Program-made: the position numbers and the translations under genes
In this document: in pieces, positions 1 through 14,879 of the stretch
Layout: the number at the start of each line of letters is the position of its first letter
Position numbering within the stretch: the first letter of the stretch is position 1
The notes under the pieces: model-generated
What the model saw: only the letters and a program-made list of their open reading frames with translations
Database searches by the model: none
Told to the model about the DNA's origin: nothing
Assembly: GCA_964423075.1 (NCBI GenBank)
Contig: CAYREA010000006.1
Location: forward strand, 5,514 to 69,513
From: an uncultured Rubrivivax sp.
GTDB taxonomy: Bacteria > Pseudomonadota > Gammaproteobacteria > Burkholderiales > Burkholderiaceae_C
DNA length: 64,000 bases
Direction of reading: 5' to 3'

Positions 1-143
1 CCATGGCCGGCGGCACGCTCAGCGACCTGGCCCACACCCTGGTGCTGCAGGCCGACGAACGGCTGCCCGCGGTGCGCGCCATCCAGGCCGGCGAAGCCGG
101 CGGCGCCAATTACGACTTCGCCATCACCCGCTACTGGCTCTGA
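1..143 (+). CDS. C-terminal fragment of a gene entering the window, possibly a delta-60-repeat/beta-propeller protein
   Basis: Frame open from the window edge to TGA at 141-143: ...DLAHTLVLQADERLPAVRAIQAGEAGGANYDFAITRYWL*. The 'LVLQAD...DFAITRY' pattern resembles delta-60 repeats. Confidence 0.55.
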   Translation, partial: MAGGTLSDLAHTLVLQADERLPAVRAIQAGEAGGANYDFAITRYWL

Positions 144-165
144 GAGCCCACAGGAGAGATTTTCG

Positions 166-1074
166 ATGAAACCCTGGATCCGCCGCACGCTCGTGGGCAT
201 CACCGCGCTGCTGGCGCTGGCCGCCGCCACCGTCGCCTGGGCGCTGCACCGCGCCGAGGCCAAGATGCAGCGCCAACTCTCGCTGCCGGCGCACCCGCTG
301 CAGCTGCTTGCCGACGCGGCGGCGGTCGAACGCGGCCGCTATCTGTATGCCTCACGCGGCTGCGCCGACTGCCACGGCGCCGACGCCGGCGGCCGGGTCT
401 TCATCGACGACGCCAAGACCGGCCTGCGCGTGGCCGGCCCCAACATCTCGCCCGGCCCGGGCAGCGCGGCGGCCGCCTACGGCCCGGCCGACTGGGAACG
501 GCTGCTGCGCCACGGCGTGAAGCCGGGCGGCCGGCCGGCCATGATCATGCCGTCGGAAGACTTCGCGCGCTGGACCGACGCCGACGTGGCCGCCGTGGCC
601 AGCTACCTGCGCCAGCTGCCGCCGGTGGCGGGCGGTGCGTTGGTGATGCAGCTGCCGCTGCCGGTGCGTGTGCTGTACGGCCTGTCGGTGATCCAGGACG
701 CGGCCGAGAAGATCGACCACGCCCTGCCGCCGGCGCAGCCGGTACCCGAGGCTCTTACCATTGAACATGGGCGTTATGTCGCGCAGGGCTGCCAGGGTTG
801 CCACGGGCCGAACCTGTCCGGCGGCAGGATCCCCGGCGGCCCGCCCGACTGGCCCGCCGCCGCCAACCTGACACCCGGCGAGGGTGGTGCACTCGGCGCC
901 TACCGCGACGCCGCCGCCTTCAAGGCCATGCTGCGCAGTGGCAAGCGGCCGGACGGTTCCACCATCAGCCCCGTGATGCCTTTTGCGGCACTGGCGCAGA
1001 TCAACGAGCTCGACGCCGAGGCCATGTTCATGTACCTGCGCAGCCTGCCTGCGCGACCCGCGGGCCAGCGCTGA
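166..1074 (+). CDS. Membrane-anchored diheme cytochrome c
   Basis: Two CXXCH motifs (CADCH, CQGCH), N-terminal hydrophobic anchor, two 'MP' Met-ligand segments, AGGAG RBS upstream. Confidence 0.9.
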   Translation: MKPWIRRTLVGITALLALAAATVAWALHRAEAKMQRQLSLPAHPLQLLADAAAVERGRYLYASRGCADCHGADAGGRVFIDDAKTGLRVAGPNISPGPGSAAAAYGPADWERLLRHGVKPGGRPAMIMPSEDFARWTDADVAAVASYLRQLPPVAGGALVMQLPLPVRVLYGLSVIQDAAEKIDHALPPAQPVPEALTIEHGRYVAQGCQGCHGPNLSGGRIPGGPPDWPAAANLTPGEGGALGAYRDAAAFKAMLRSGKRPDGSTISPVMPFAALAQINELDAEAMFMYLRSLPARPAGQR

Positions 1075-1199
1075 GCGGCGTCTGCGCGGATTGATGATCG
1101 CGTCGCGAAGAAGTTCGCGTCTCATGCATCGCGCACTGCGGAACGTGCGTCTCTGTCTCGCGCAGTGATACCGAAGTCGTGTCGCACGGCAACGGCACC

Positions 1200-1240
1200 T
1201 TGATGGTTATCAGGCGGGCTGCGCCACTCTTGGCCAGAAT
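1200..1240 (+). promoter_or_regulatory. FNR/CRP-family box with candidate -10
   Basis: TTGATGGTTATCAG (1200-1213) matches 9/10 of TTGAT-N4-ATCAA; CAGAAT (1235-1240) follows 21 nt later. Confidence 0.6.
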
Positions 1241-1287
1241 GCGGCGTGACGGGATCCCGGTTCAGCAGGTCCTCGTGGAGAAGCAGC

Positions 1288-2092
1288 TTGGCGGCAGCAC
1301 CGATCAAGAAGAACCAGGTCCGTTGCGCCGGCCAGGGCGAACCGGCCCTGGTCTTCGGCCACGGCTTCGGCACCGACCAGCGCGCCTGGCGCTTCGTCGC
1401 CCCGGCCTTCGAGGCGCGGCACTGCACCGTGCTGTTCGACCACGTCGGCTTCGGCGGCTCCGACATCGGCGCCTACGATGAAACGCGGCACAAGCAGCTG
1501 GACGGTTATGCGCAGGACCTGGTCGAGCTGATCGACGCACTGGGTCTGCGCCAGGTGGTCTACGTCGGCCACTCCGTCGGCGGCGTGCTGGGGCTGCTGG
1601 CCAGCATCACGCGGCCCGGTCTGTTTGCCAGGCTGGTGCTCATCGGCAGCTCGCCGCGTTTCATCAACGATCCACCCGCCTACGCCGGCGGCTTCGAAGC
1701 GCACGAGATCGAGGCCATCCTGGACCTGATGGAACGCGACCAGCTGTCCTTCGCGCAGACCCTGGCGCCACTGGCCGTGGGCACGCAGAGCCCGGCGCCG
1801 CTGGTGGACGACTTCAGCCGCGGCCTGCAGCAGCTGGACCCGCTGGTGGCGCGGCGTTTCGGCCGCCTGGTGTTCGGCCTGGACTGCCGCAACCGGCTGG
1901 CGCAGGTGACGGTGCCGGCGCTGGTGCTGCAGTGCCTGCACGACAGCATCGCGCCGCGCAGCGTGGGCCGCTACCTGCACCAGCACCTGGCCGGCAGCCG
2001 GCTCGTGGAGCTGGACGCCTCGGGCCACTGCCCGCACCTGAGCCACCCCCAGCAGACCATCGCGGCCATCGCCGGCTTCGTGGACGCACCGC

Positions 2093-2100
<8 letters not shown>
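1288..2100 (+). CDS. rsbQ: RsbQ/KAI2/D14-family alpha/beta hydrolase
   Basis: HGFGTDQ, GHSVG nucleophile elbow, GSSPRF and GHCPHLS motifs. TTG start at 1288 chosen after GGAG (the ORF track starts at 1246). Confidence 0.85.
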
Positions 2101-5638
<3,538 letters not shown>

Positions 5639-5675
5639 AACGGCCGCGGGCCGGCGTGCCCGATACTCGCGCGCC

Positions 5676-6716
5676 ATGAGCGAAGTTCATCGGCCCCGCG
5701 CCGCGGCCTGCCTGCTGTGGCTGGCCGCAATGATCACCCCCGGCAGCGCCGCGGCCCAGGGCAAACCGGCCGACTGCGTGGAGCTGGCCGACGACACCAC
5801 CCGGCTGGCCTGTTACGACCGCGTGCACGGCCGCGCGCCGCGCGCTGCCGACATCCCGGCCGGCCCTGCCGCTGCCGCCTCGGCCGCGGCGGCAGCGACC
5901 GACCCCCCTTCGCGCCTGGACGCCCGCTGGGACCTGGACGGCACACCCGGCGTGCTGTTCGCCCCACGCGCCTACAAGCCCGTCTACCTGCTGCCGGCCA
6001 CCTGGACCGACCAGGTCAACCAGCGCCCTTCGTCGCCCTCACCCGACCACACCGTGCCCACCGACCTGGCGCTGCGCCCGGTGGAAGCCAAGTACCAGCT
6101 GAGCCTGAAGGCCAAGCTGGTGCAGAACCTGTTCGGCAACGGCAGCAGCCTTTGGGGCGGCTACACCCAGTCGTCGCGCTGGCAGGTCTACGACGGCGCC
6201 ACCTCGCGCCCCTTTCGCGAGACCAACTACGAGCCCGAGCTGATGCTGGTGTGGCCGCTGCGCGGCGAGTGGGCGGGCTGGCAGCTGCGCATGGCTTCGC
6301 TGTCGATCAACCACCAGTCCAACGGCCGCTCGCTGCCGCTGTCGCGCAGCTGGAACCGCCTCATCGGCGGGCTGGCCGCCGAACGTGGCGACTGGGTGCT
6401 GGAGTTCCGCCCCTGGATGCGCATCCGCGAGAAGAGCACCGACGACGACAACCCCGACCTGGTGGACTACGTCGGCCGCGCCGAGCTGTTGATCAGCCGC
6501 TACGCCGGCGAACACGGCCTCACGCTGCAACTGCGCCACAGCCTGCGCGGCGGCAAGAGCTCACGCGGCTCGGGCCAGCTCGACTGGGTGTTCCCGATGA
6601 AGGGCGCGCTGCACGGCTACCTGCAGATCTTCGGCGGCTATGGCGAGAGCCTGGTCGACTACAACCTGCGCCAGACCAAGATCGGCCTGGGTGTCACCAT
6701 CGCCGGCTGGCGCTAG
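5676..6716 (+). CDS. pldA: Outer membrane phospholipase A1 (OMPLA)
   Basis: FRETNYEPE, catalytic NHQSNG, SRSWNR and GYGESLVDYN motifs; signal peptide after ATG 5676. Confidence 0.9.
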   Translation: MSEVHRPRAAACLLWLAAMITPGSAAAQGKPADCVELADDTTRLACYDRVHGRAPRAADIPAGPAAAASAAAAATDPPSRLDARWDLDGTPGVLFAPRAYKPVYLLPATWTDQVNQRPSSPSPDHTVPTDLALRPVEAKYQLSLKAKLVQNLFGNGSSLWGGYTQSSRWQVYDGATSRPFRETNYEPELMLVWPLRGEWAGWQLRMASLSINHQSNGRSLPLSRSWNRLIGGLAAERGDWVLEFRPWMRIREKSTDDDNPDLVDYVGRAELLISRYAGEHGLTLQLRHSLRGGKSSRGSGQLDWVFPMKGALHGYLQIFGGYGESLVDYNLRQTKIGLGVTIAGWR

Positions 6717-6725
6717 GAGCTCACG

Positions 6726-8374
<1,649 letters not shown>

Positions 8375-8377
8375 ACC

Positions 8378-8824
8378 TCAGGCCGGCACCGGCGTGCGCG
8401 CGCTCACGTTCAGCAGGTTCCAGGCCGTGATGGCGGCGATGGCAAAACCCAGCTCGGCGACTTCGGCCTCGCTGAAGTGCCGGCGCAGCTCGGCGTAGTG
8501 CGCATCGCTGATCTCGCCCTGCGGGATCACCGCCACCCGCTCGGCCCAGGCCAGCGCCGCGCACTCGCGTACGCTGAAGTGCGGCGACTCGCGCCAGCCG
8601 GCCAGGGTGTTGAGCTGGCGCGGGTCGGCGTCCTGCTTCACCAGGTCTTGCCAGTGCATGTCCATGCAGTAGGCGCAGCCGTTGATCTGCGAGACGCGCA
8701 GCCACACCAGGTCGACCAGGCGCGCGCCGAGCGCGCCCTTCTTGATGGTGTTGGACAGCGCGTAGAGGTTCTGGAAGGCCTTCGGGGCGAGTTCGAAGAC
8801 GGGCAGGCGGGCGACGTGATTCAT
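8378..8824 (-). CDS. Carboxymuconolactone decarboxylase / AhpD-family protein
   Basis: LRVSQINGCAYCMDMH motif; typical partner of ECF41 sigmas; AAGGA RBS before ATG 8824. Confidence 0.9.
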   Translation of the reverse strand: MNHVARLPVFELAPKAFQNLYALSNTIKKGALGARLVDLVWLRVSQINGCAYCMDMHWQDLVKQDADPRQLNTLAGWRESPHFSVRECAALAWAERVAVIPQGEISDAHYAELRRHFSEAEVAELGFAIAAITAWNLLNVSARTPVPA

Positions 8825-8877
8825 GGCGGGCTTTCCTTGGCAGCCGGAGCCGCACCGTGCGGCCCCCATCTCCACAA

Positions 8878-8904
8878 GACGGGCCAGGCGCTGGCTTTGT
8901 GACG
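8878..8904 (-). promoter_or_regulatory. ECF41 promoter for the AhpD-like gene
   Basis: Minus strand reads CGTCACA-N16-CGTC, versus the ECF41 consensus TGTCACA-N16-CGTC. Confidence 0.8.
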
Positions 8905-8905
8905 G

Positions 8906-9772
8906 TCAGGGCTGCGGCGGGATGCCGGCCAGCTTGTCGGGGTTGCGCACGGCGTAGATGGCCACGATGCGCTGGCCGTCGGTGACGAAGGCCTGCGCCG
9001 ACTCGAGCACGCCGTCGACGTAGCGCAGCAGCCCCGGTTCGCCATTGATGGCGACGGCGCGGTAGCTCACCTCGATGTCCGCGCGCCGGTGCGTCACCCA
9101 GTACAGGTTGGCGATGCGCAAGGCGCCGCGCAGGATCTTGCCGAACGAAGGCACCTTGCCGCCGCCGTCGCTGACCAGCTCGGCGTCGTCGGCCAGCAGT
9201 GCCTGCAGTGCGGCGCGGTCGGCGCTGCGCGCTGCGGCCACGAAACGCTGCAGCACCTGCCGGTGCGCGTCGCGGCTGACCCGGAAGCGCGGGCTCTCCT
9301 GCTGCACGCGCTGCGCCGCGCGGTGCACCAGCTGCCGGCAGGCGGCCTCGGTCTTGCCGAGCATGGCGGCGATCTGCGCGTAGTCGTGGTCGAAGGCCTG
9401 GCGCAGCAGGAAGGCGGCGCGCTCCTCGGGCGCCAGGCGCTCCAGCACCCACAGGAGCGCCAGCGACAGCTCCTGCGCCATCTCGGCCAGGCTCTGCGGC
9501 GTGTCGTCGTCCACCGCCACCAGCGGCTCGGGCAGCCACCAGCCGGTGTAGGCCTCGCGCTCCACCTTGGCGCTGCGCAGGCGGTCGATGGCCAGGCGCG
9601 TCACGGTGGTCACCAGCCAGGCTTCGGGGGTGTCGACCTGCTCGCGCTCGGTGCGGTGCCAGCGCAGCCAGGCGTCCTGCACCACGTCTTCGGCGTCGGC
9701 GCGTGTGCCCAGCATGCGGTAGGCGATGGCCGTCAGGCGCGGGCGGTGGGTCTCGAAGACGTCGGTGGGCAT
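8906..9772 (-). CDS. ECF41 (SigJ-like) sigma factor with C-terminal SnoaL-like extension
   Basis: DAEDVVQDAW, WLPEP linker, DGGGK and RNPDKL motifs typical of ECF41. Confidence 0.92.
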   Translation of the reverse strand: MPTDVFETHRPRLTAIAYRMLGTRADAEDVVQDAWLRWHRTEREQVDTPEAWLVTTVTRLAIDRLRSAKVEREAYTGWWLPEPLVAVDDDTPQSLAEMAQELSLALLWVLERLAPEERAAFLLRQAFDHDYAQIAAMLGKTEAACRQLVHRAAQRVQQESPRFRVSRDAHRQVLQRFVAAARSADRAALQALLADDAELVSDGGGKVPSFGKILRGALRIANLYWVTHRRADIEVSYRAVAINGEPGLLRYVDGVLESAQAFVTDGQRIVAIYAVRNPDKLAGIPPQP

Positions 9773-9780
9773 GTGCACAA

Positions 9781-9807
9781 GACGTGCGGGCGAGCGGCCT
9801 TGTGACA
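9781..9807 (-). promoter_or_regulatory. ECF41 autoregulatory promoter
   Basis: Perfect TGTCACA-N16-CGTC on the minus strand, 8 nt before ATG 9772. Confidence 0.85.
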
Positions 9808-9812
9808 GCCGC

Positions 9813-11051
9813 TCAGTACACCCAGGCGTCGAAGAGGGGCTTCAGGCTGCGCCCGGCCGAGGCTTCGAACGCCGCCTGCAGGTCCCGCGCCGTGACGCTG
9901 CGGCCGAACTGCGCGCGCGTGTAGCGGCGCAGGCCGTCCCAGAACGCGGCCTCGCCGAGCTCGCGCCGCAGCGCGTCGAAGAAGAGCGCACCCTTGCTGT
10001 ACTGCACGGCGCGGCGCAGGGCCAGGCCGGGGTAGTCGCCGGCCCAGGACAGCGGCCGCTCCCAGCCGGCGTCGCGCGCGCGCTGCCAGCGTTCGCGCGC
10101 CAGCGTCATCTCGCGCTGGTACTCGGCTTCGCCCCAGCGCTCCTGCTTCCAGGCCGCCGTCATGAACGTGACCAGGCCTTCGTTGAGCCACAGTTCGCGC
10201 CAGCTGGCGCAGGTGATCAGGTTGCCCCACCACTGGTGCGCCATCTCGTGGGCGATGACCCAGTCGTCCTTCGGGTCGGTGGCGATCGCATCCAGCATGC
10301 GGTGGCCGATGAGTGCGAAGCTGCTGGCTTCCTGCGCCGCCGCGCCGGGCAGCAGCACCTGCGTGTAGGCCGGCTGCGGCAAGGGCACGCCGGCCTTGTC
10401 CTCGAAGAAGGCCAGCATGCGGGCGCTGTCGCGGAACTTGGCGCGTGCCGTGTCTTCGTCGTCGCCGTGCACCAGGTAGCGCAGGCGCGGCTCGGCGTCG
10501 TCCACCAGCGCCAGGAAGCGTCCGGCCGCAAAACCCGCGGTGTACAGGGCATAGGGCTGCGCCGCGCCCTGGTGGGTGCTGACCGAATTCCAGTTCGGCG
10601 GCAGCAGCAGCTCGACGCTGACGGCCGCGCGCGACAGGTCGCTGCCCGCGCAGGGCATCCAGCGGCAGGTGTGGAAGGCGGTGTAGACCAGCTCGTCGCC
10701 GAACACCAGGCCTTCGCTGGCACCGGCGCGGTACTGGATGTCCAGCGTCAGCGTGGCGCTGCGCGCTTCCGTCTCGGTGAAGGTGATGCGCCAGCCTTCC
10801 GCCGTGCGTTGCGCGATCGCGGGCCGTTCGCCCACCTGCACCGCCAGCAGCTGCAGCGCCGGCGAGGGCAGGTCGACGAATGCCGCGGGCGCCGCACCCG
10901 CGCGCAGGCTGATGCGCGCCTGCCCGAACAGCACCTGGGCGGGGACGGCAGGACGCAGCTGCAGCTCGTAGCGCTCGGCCGTGAAGGCCTGCGCGGCGCA
11001 GGCGCCCGCCCCCAGCGCGGGCAGCAGCAACAGCAGGCGGTGCGGCTTCAT
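9813..11051 (-). CDS. Secreted M1-family (gluzincin) aminopeptidase
   Basis: HEMAHQWWGN...WLNEG zinc motif, QYSKGA, signal peptide. Confidence 0.88.
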   Translation of the reverse strand: MKPHRLLLLLPALGAGACAAQAFTAERYELQLRPAVPAQVLFGQARISLRAGAAPAAFVDLPSPALQLLAVQVGERPAIAQRTAEGWRITFTETEARSATLTLDIQYRAGASEGLVFGDELVYTAFHTCRWMPCAGSDLSRAAVSVELLLPPNWNSVSTHQGAAQPYALYTAGFAAGRFLALVDDAEPRLRYLVHGDDEDTARAKFRDSARMLAFFEDKAGVPLPQPAYTQVLLPGAAAQEASSFALIGHRMLDAIATDPKDDWVIAHEMAHQWWGNLITCASWRELWLNEGLVTFMTAAWKQERWGEAEYQREMTLARERWQRARDAGWERPLSWAGDYPGLALRRAVQYSKGALFFDALRRELGEAAFWDGLRRYTRAQFGRSVTARDLQAAFEASAGRSLKPLFDAWVY

Positions 11052-11929
11052 TCCGCCTCGCGCAGCGCCTTGCGCAGGCCCGGCAGCAGCCGCGCCTGCA
11101 CGTCCAGCGTGCCGGCTTCCTGCACCGCCACGTACAGGCTGTTGAGGAAGACCGACAGGTTGTGCTTCTGCGCCAGCGTGGCAGTGTTCACCGGCGTGCG
11201 CTGGCGCCGTGCGGCGAGTTCGGTGAACCAGCGGTCCCAGTCGGCGCTGGCCAGCAGCGCGCCCTGGGCCAGGTAGAACACCGGCGCGGCCAGGCGGTCG
11301 GCTTCACCGTGGCGCCAGGCGCTGCCGCTGCTGGGCATCACCTGGCTGGCCACGGCGGCGAGCAGGGCGTCGGCCTGGCTGCGACTCAGGCGCTTGTTCA
11401 GCGCCAGCTGCAGCATCAGGTCGGCACCATGCGCCACGCCGTGGCGCCAGCCTTCCTGCTCGTCGTAGGCGCGGCCGTCGCGCCATTCGGCGAGCCAGCG
11501 TGTGCCCTGGGTGACCAGCGCGGCGCGCTCTTCGTCGCCCAGGTGGCCACGTTGGCGGTCTACACGTGCCACCTCGGCCAGCACCAGGGCGGCAAAGGGC
11601 TGCGTGAAGCCGGCGGGGTCGGGCGGCGCGGCCAGCAGGGCCAGCAGTTGCGCACGCAGGCTGCGCAGGGTGGCGTCGTCGAGGCGGCCGGTGCGCATCC
11701 AGTGCTGCAGCGCGTCGAAGGCGACGGCGTCGCGCAGCCAGGGGTCGGGGTCGGACAGGCAGGCCAGCAGCGCCAGCGCCAGGGCCTGGCGTGTCTCGGC
11801 GGCAGCCGGCTCCTTCCACTCGCCGGTCTTCAGTGCCTGCAGGCTGGCGCGGCTCTCGCCGGCCGGCGGGCAGGTGGCGAAGCAGCTGCCCGCGGCGGCC
11901 AGCAGCAGAGCGCCGCGGGCGAAGCTCAA
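11048..11929 (-). CDS. DUF2785-like protein with signal-like N-terminus
   Basis: DPDPWLRD, GWRHGVAHGAD and GEADRLA motifs; TTG start overlaps the upstream stop (TTGA). Confidence 0.72.
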   Translation of the reverse strand: MSFARGALLLAAAGSCFATCPPAGESRASLQALKTGEWKEPAAAETRQALALALLACLSDPDPWLRDAVAFDALQHWMRTGRLDDATLRSLRAQLLALLAAPPDPAGFTQPFAALVLAEVARVDRQRGHLGDEERAALVTQGTRWLAEWRDGRAYDEQEGWRHGVAHGADLMLQLALNKRLSRSQADALLAAVASQVMPSSGSAWRHGEADRLAAPVFYLAQGALLASADWDRWFTELAARRQRTPVNTATLAQKHNLSVFLNSLYVAVQEAGTLDVQARLLPGLRKALREAE

Positions 11930-12582
11930 GCCACCACCCCGAGCCAGCGTTCCGGCTCCGCGACGGCGGCTTCCATGGCCTGCACATAACGACCCAGGTG
12001 CAGGCCGTCCATCAGCGCGTGGTGCACCTCCACCGAGAAGGGCAGCCACAGGCCGGTGGCGTCGGCATCGGCGCGGCCGAAGGCGATCTTGGGCACCGAG
12101 TCCTCGCGCCCCCAGTTGCGGGCGTGCGAGAAGCTGCTGAAGTGCAGCCAGGGCAGCGTGGTGAAGTGGATCACCGCCGATTCATCGAGCCGCGGGTCGA
12201 AAGGCACGCGGCCGGCGCGCGAGGCCGCCATCACCTCGGCACCCTGGCGCGCGAAGCTGGGCCAGTGGGCGTGGTGTTCGAGGTAGGCGAAGCTGAAGCT
12301 CTCGTCGTCGCGCAGCACGGTGGCGCCGCCGCACACCACGGGGTGGATGCGCACGCGGCCGCCTTCCAGCCGGTAGCGGAAGGCTTCGTGTTCGTTGGCC
12401 AGGCGCAGCGCCAGGAAGTGGCAGGCCAGGTTGAAACTGCCGGCGCCGCTGGCCACCACTGCCGCCTTCAGGTGCGCGACGTTCAGGCGCACGCAGACGT
12501 TGAAGTAAGGCTTGTCGAAACCCTTGAAGTATTCGAAGGCTTCGCGCCGGTGCCAGGTGCTGGTGTCGAGGAAAGTGGCCAT
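11926..12582 (-). CDS. Chloramphenicol acetyltransferase (CatA)-like O-acetyltransferase
   Basis: WHRREAFEYF, TLPWLHFSSF, PKIAFGR and catalytic VHHALMDGLH. Confidence 0.88.
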   Translation of the reverse strand: MATFLDTSTWHRREAFEYFKGFDKPYFNVCVRLNVAHLKAAVVASGAGSFNLACHFLALRLANEHEAFRYRLEGGRVRIHPVVCGGATVLRDDESFSFAYLEHHAHWPSFARQGAEVMAASRAGRVPFDPRLDESAVIHFTTLPWLHFSSFSHARNWGREDSVPKIAFGRADADATGLWLPFSVEVHHALMDGLHLGRYVQAMEAAVAEPERWLGVVA

Positions 12583-12650
12583 GGGGCGCAATCATGCCCG
12601 CTGCCGGGCCGCCGCGGCCTCGTTGGCCCTGCGGAGATACTCGCAGCCCC

Positions 12651-13841
12651 ATGTCCCCCGCACGCACCGAACCCGCCTTGATCGTGATCCTGGCCGGTGT
12701 CTGCGCCGCACTGCACGTGGGCAAGCTGGCGCCGGCCATCGCGCCGCTGCAGGCCGCGCTGGGGCTGACCCTGGTGCAGGCGGGTTTCCTGCTGTCGCTG
12801 GTGCAGCTGGCCGGCATGACGGCAGGCCTGGCCTTTGGTGTGGTGGCCGACGGCCTGGGGCCGCGGCGCAGCATGGTGCTGGGCCTGCTGCTGTTGGCCG
12901 CGGCCAGCGCGGCCGGTGGCGCGGCCGGCGGCGTGGCGGCGCTGATGGCGCTGCGCGCGCTGGAAGGTTTCGGCTTCCTGCTGGTGGTGCTGCCGGCGCC
13001 GGGTTTCGTGCGCGCGCTGGTGGTGCCGCAGCGCGCCAGCACCTTCATGGGCCTGTGGGGCGCCTACATGCCGCTGGCCACGGCGCTGGCGCTGCTGGTG
13101 GGGCCGCTGGTGATCGAATCCGCCGGCTGGCGCGTCTGGTGGTGGGGGCTGGCCGCGCTGACGGCGGCGATGGCGGCCTGGTTGTGGCGCGCCGTGCCGG
13201 CCGCGGCCGCGGCGCCGCACGCCGTGGTGTCGCCATGGCTGCAGCGCCTGCGCCGCACGCTGGCCGCGCCCGGCCCGTGGCTGGTGGCGGCCACCTTCGC
13301 GATGTACTCGGGCCAGTGGCTGGCCGTCATCGGCTTCCTGCCCACCATCTACACGCAGGCCGGTGTCTCGCTGGCCAGCACCGGCCTGCTCACGGCGCTG
13401 GCCGCCGCGGCCAACATGGCCGGCAACATCGCGTCGGGCCGTTTGCTGCAGCGCGGCATCGCGCCGCGGCGGCTGCTGGTGATCGGCTTCGTGACCATGG
13501 CGCTGGCCGCCGCCGCCACCTTCGCCGGCACGCCGGGCCTGCCACCCTCCCTGCGCTTTGCTGCGGTGCTGCTGTTCTCGGGCGTGGGCGGGCTGATCCC
13601 GGCCACGCTGTTCGCGCTGGCGGTGCGCGTGGCGCCAGGTGCGGACACACTCTCCACCACCGTCGGCTGGGTGCAGCAATGGTCGGCGCTGGGCCAGTTC
13701 GCCGGGCCGCCGCTGGTGGCCCTGGTGGCCGGCGCCGCCGGCGGCTGGCAGGCCACCTGGCTGGCCACCGGCGCCTGCTGCGTGATGGGCCTGGTGCTGG
13801 TTTACGCCCTGACACGCCCGCCGGGTTCAAGCCCCGGCTGA
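12651..13841 (+). CDS. MFS transporter (CynX/NimT-like)
   Basis: About 12 hydrophobic segments; motif A GVVADGLGPRR. Confidence 0.85.
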   Translation: MSPARTEPALIVILAGVCAALHVGKLAPAIAPLQAALGLTLVQAGFLLSLVQLAGMTAGLAFGVVADGLGPRRSMVLGLLLLAAASAAGGAAGGVAALMALRALEGFGFLLVVLPAPGFVRALVVPQRASTFMGLWGAYMPLATALALLVGPLVIESAGWRVWWWGLAALTAAMAAWLWRAVPAAAAAPHAVVSPWLQRLRRTLAAPGPWLVAATFAMYSGQWLAVIGFLPTIYTQAGVSLASTGLLTALAAAANMAGNIASGRLLQRGIAPRRLLVIGFVTMALAAAATFAGTPGLPPSLRFAAVLLFSGVGGLIPATLFALAVRVAPGADTLSTTVGWVQQWSALGQFAGPPLVALVAGAAGGWQATWLATGACCVMGLVLVYALTRPPGSSPG

Positions 13842-13891
13842 GGCGGCCGATATCCCGGGTTGCATCCTTGCCTTGCCCGGAGTACCCCGCC

Positions 13892-14857
13892 ATGAACGCC
13901 CCTGCCGAACTGAAGTACCGCCTGCTGACACGCAGCGACATGGACGGCCTGGTCTGCGCCGTGCTGCTGAAGGAGATCGGCATCCTGGGCGAGATCGTCT
14001 TCCACCACCCCAAGGACGTGCAGGACGGCAAGGTGGCGGTGACCGAGCGCGACATCCTCACCAACCTGCCCTACGTGCCCGGCTGCGGCCTGTGCTTCGA
14101 CCACCATGCCAGCGAGCTGGTGCGCAACAGCGGGCAGCCCACGCCCAACTACATCCTGCGCGCCCACGCCAAGTCGGCCGCACGCGTGGTGTACGACCAC
14201 TACGGCGGCAAGGCGCGTTTCCCGCGCATCAGCGACGCGATGATGGAAGCCGTGGACAAGGCCGACTCGGCCGACTTCACGATGGACGACGTGCTCGAAC
14301 CCAAGGGCTGGGCGCTGCTGAGCTTCCTGATGGACGCGCGCACCGGCCTGGGCCGTTTCCGCGAATTCCGCATCTCGAACTACCAGCTGATGATGAAGCT
14401 CATCGAGTGCTGCCGCGACATGCCCATCGAGGACATCCTGGCCCTGCCCGACGTGAAGGAGCGCGTGGACCTGTTCTTCGCCCAGCACGCCGAATTCCGC
14501 CAGCAGATCGAGCGCGTGGCCGAGGTGCACGGCAAGCTGGTGGTGCTGGACCTGCGCGACGAACCGATCATCAACGCCGGCAACCGCTTCGTGGTGTATG
14601 CGATGTTCCCGCAGTGCGACATCAGCATGCACGTGATGTGGGGCCGCGAGAAGCTCAACACCGTGTTCACGGTGGGCAAGAGCATCTTCGACCGCCGCAA
14701 CAAGCTCAACGTGGGCGAGCTGATGCTCAGCCACGGCGGCGGCGGCCACCACGCCGCCGGCACCTGCCAGGGTGACAACTACAACGCCGACCACATGAAG
14801 CGCGATCTGATCGAGGAGATCGTGAACCTGTCGAAGGCGGCGGCGAAGCTGGGCTAG
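13892..14857 (+). CDS. DHH/DHHA1 phosphoesterase (often annotated 'exopolyphosphatase'; nanoRNase-like)
   Basis: TRSDMDG, FDHH, DKADS and GGGGHHAAG motifs; strong codon bias. Confidence 0.85.
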   Translation: MNAPAELKYRLLTRSDMDGLVCAVLLKEIGILGEIVFHHPKDVQDGKVAVTERDILTNLPYVPGCGLCFDHHASELVRNSGQPTPNYILRAHAKSAARVVYDHYGGKARFPRISDAMMEAVDKADSADFTMDDVLEPKGWALLSFLMDARTGLGRFREFRISNYQLMMKLIECCRDMPIEDILALPDVKERVDLFFAQHAEFRQQIERVAEVHGKLVVLDLRDEPIINAGNRFVVYAMFPQCDISMHVMWGREKLNTVFTVGKSIFDRRNKLNVGELMLSHGGGGHHAAGTCQGDNYNADHMKRDLIEEIVNLSKAAAKLG

Positions 14858-14879
14858 GCGAGCCCGCCCCGTGCCGGGT

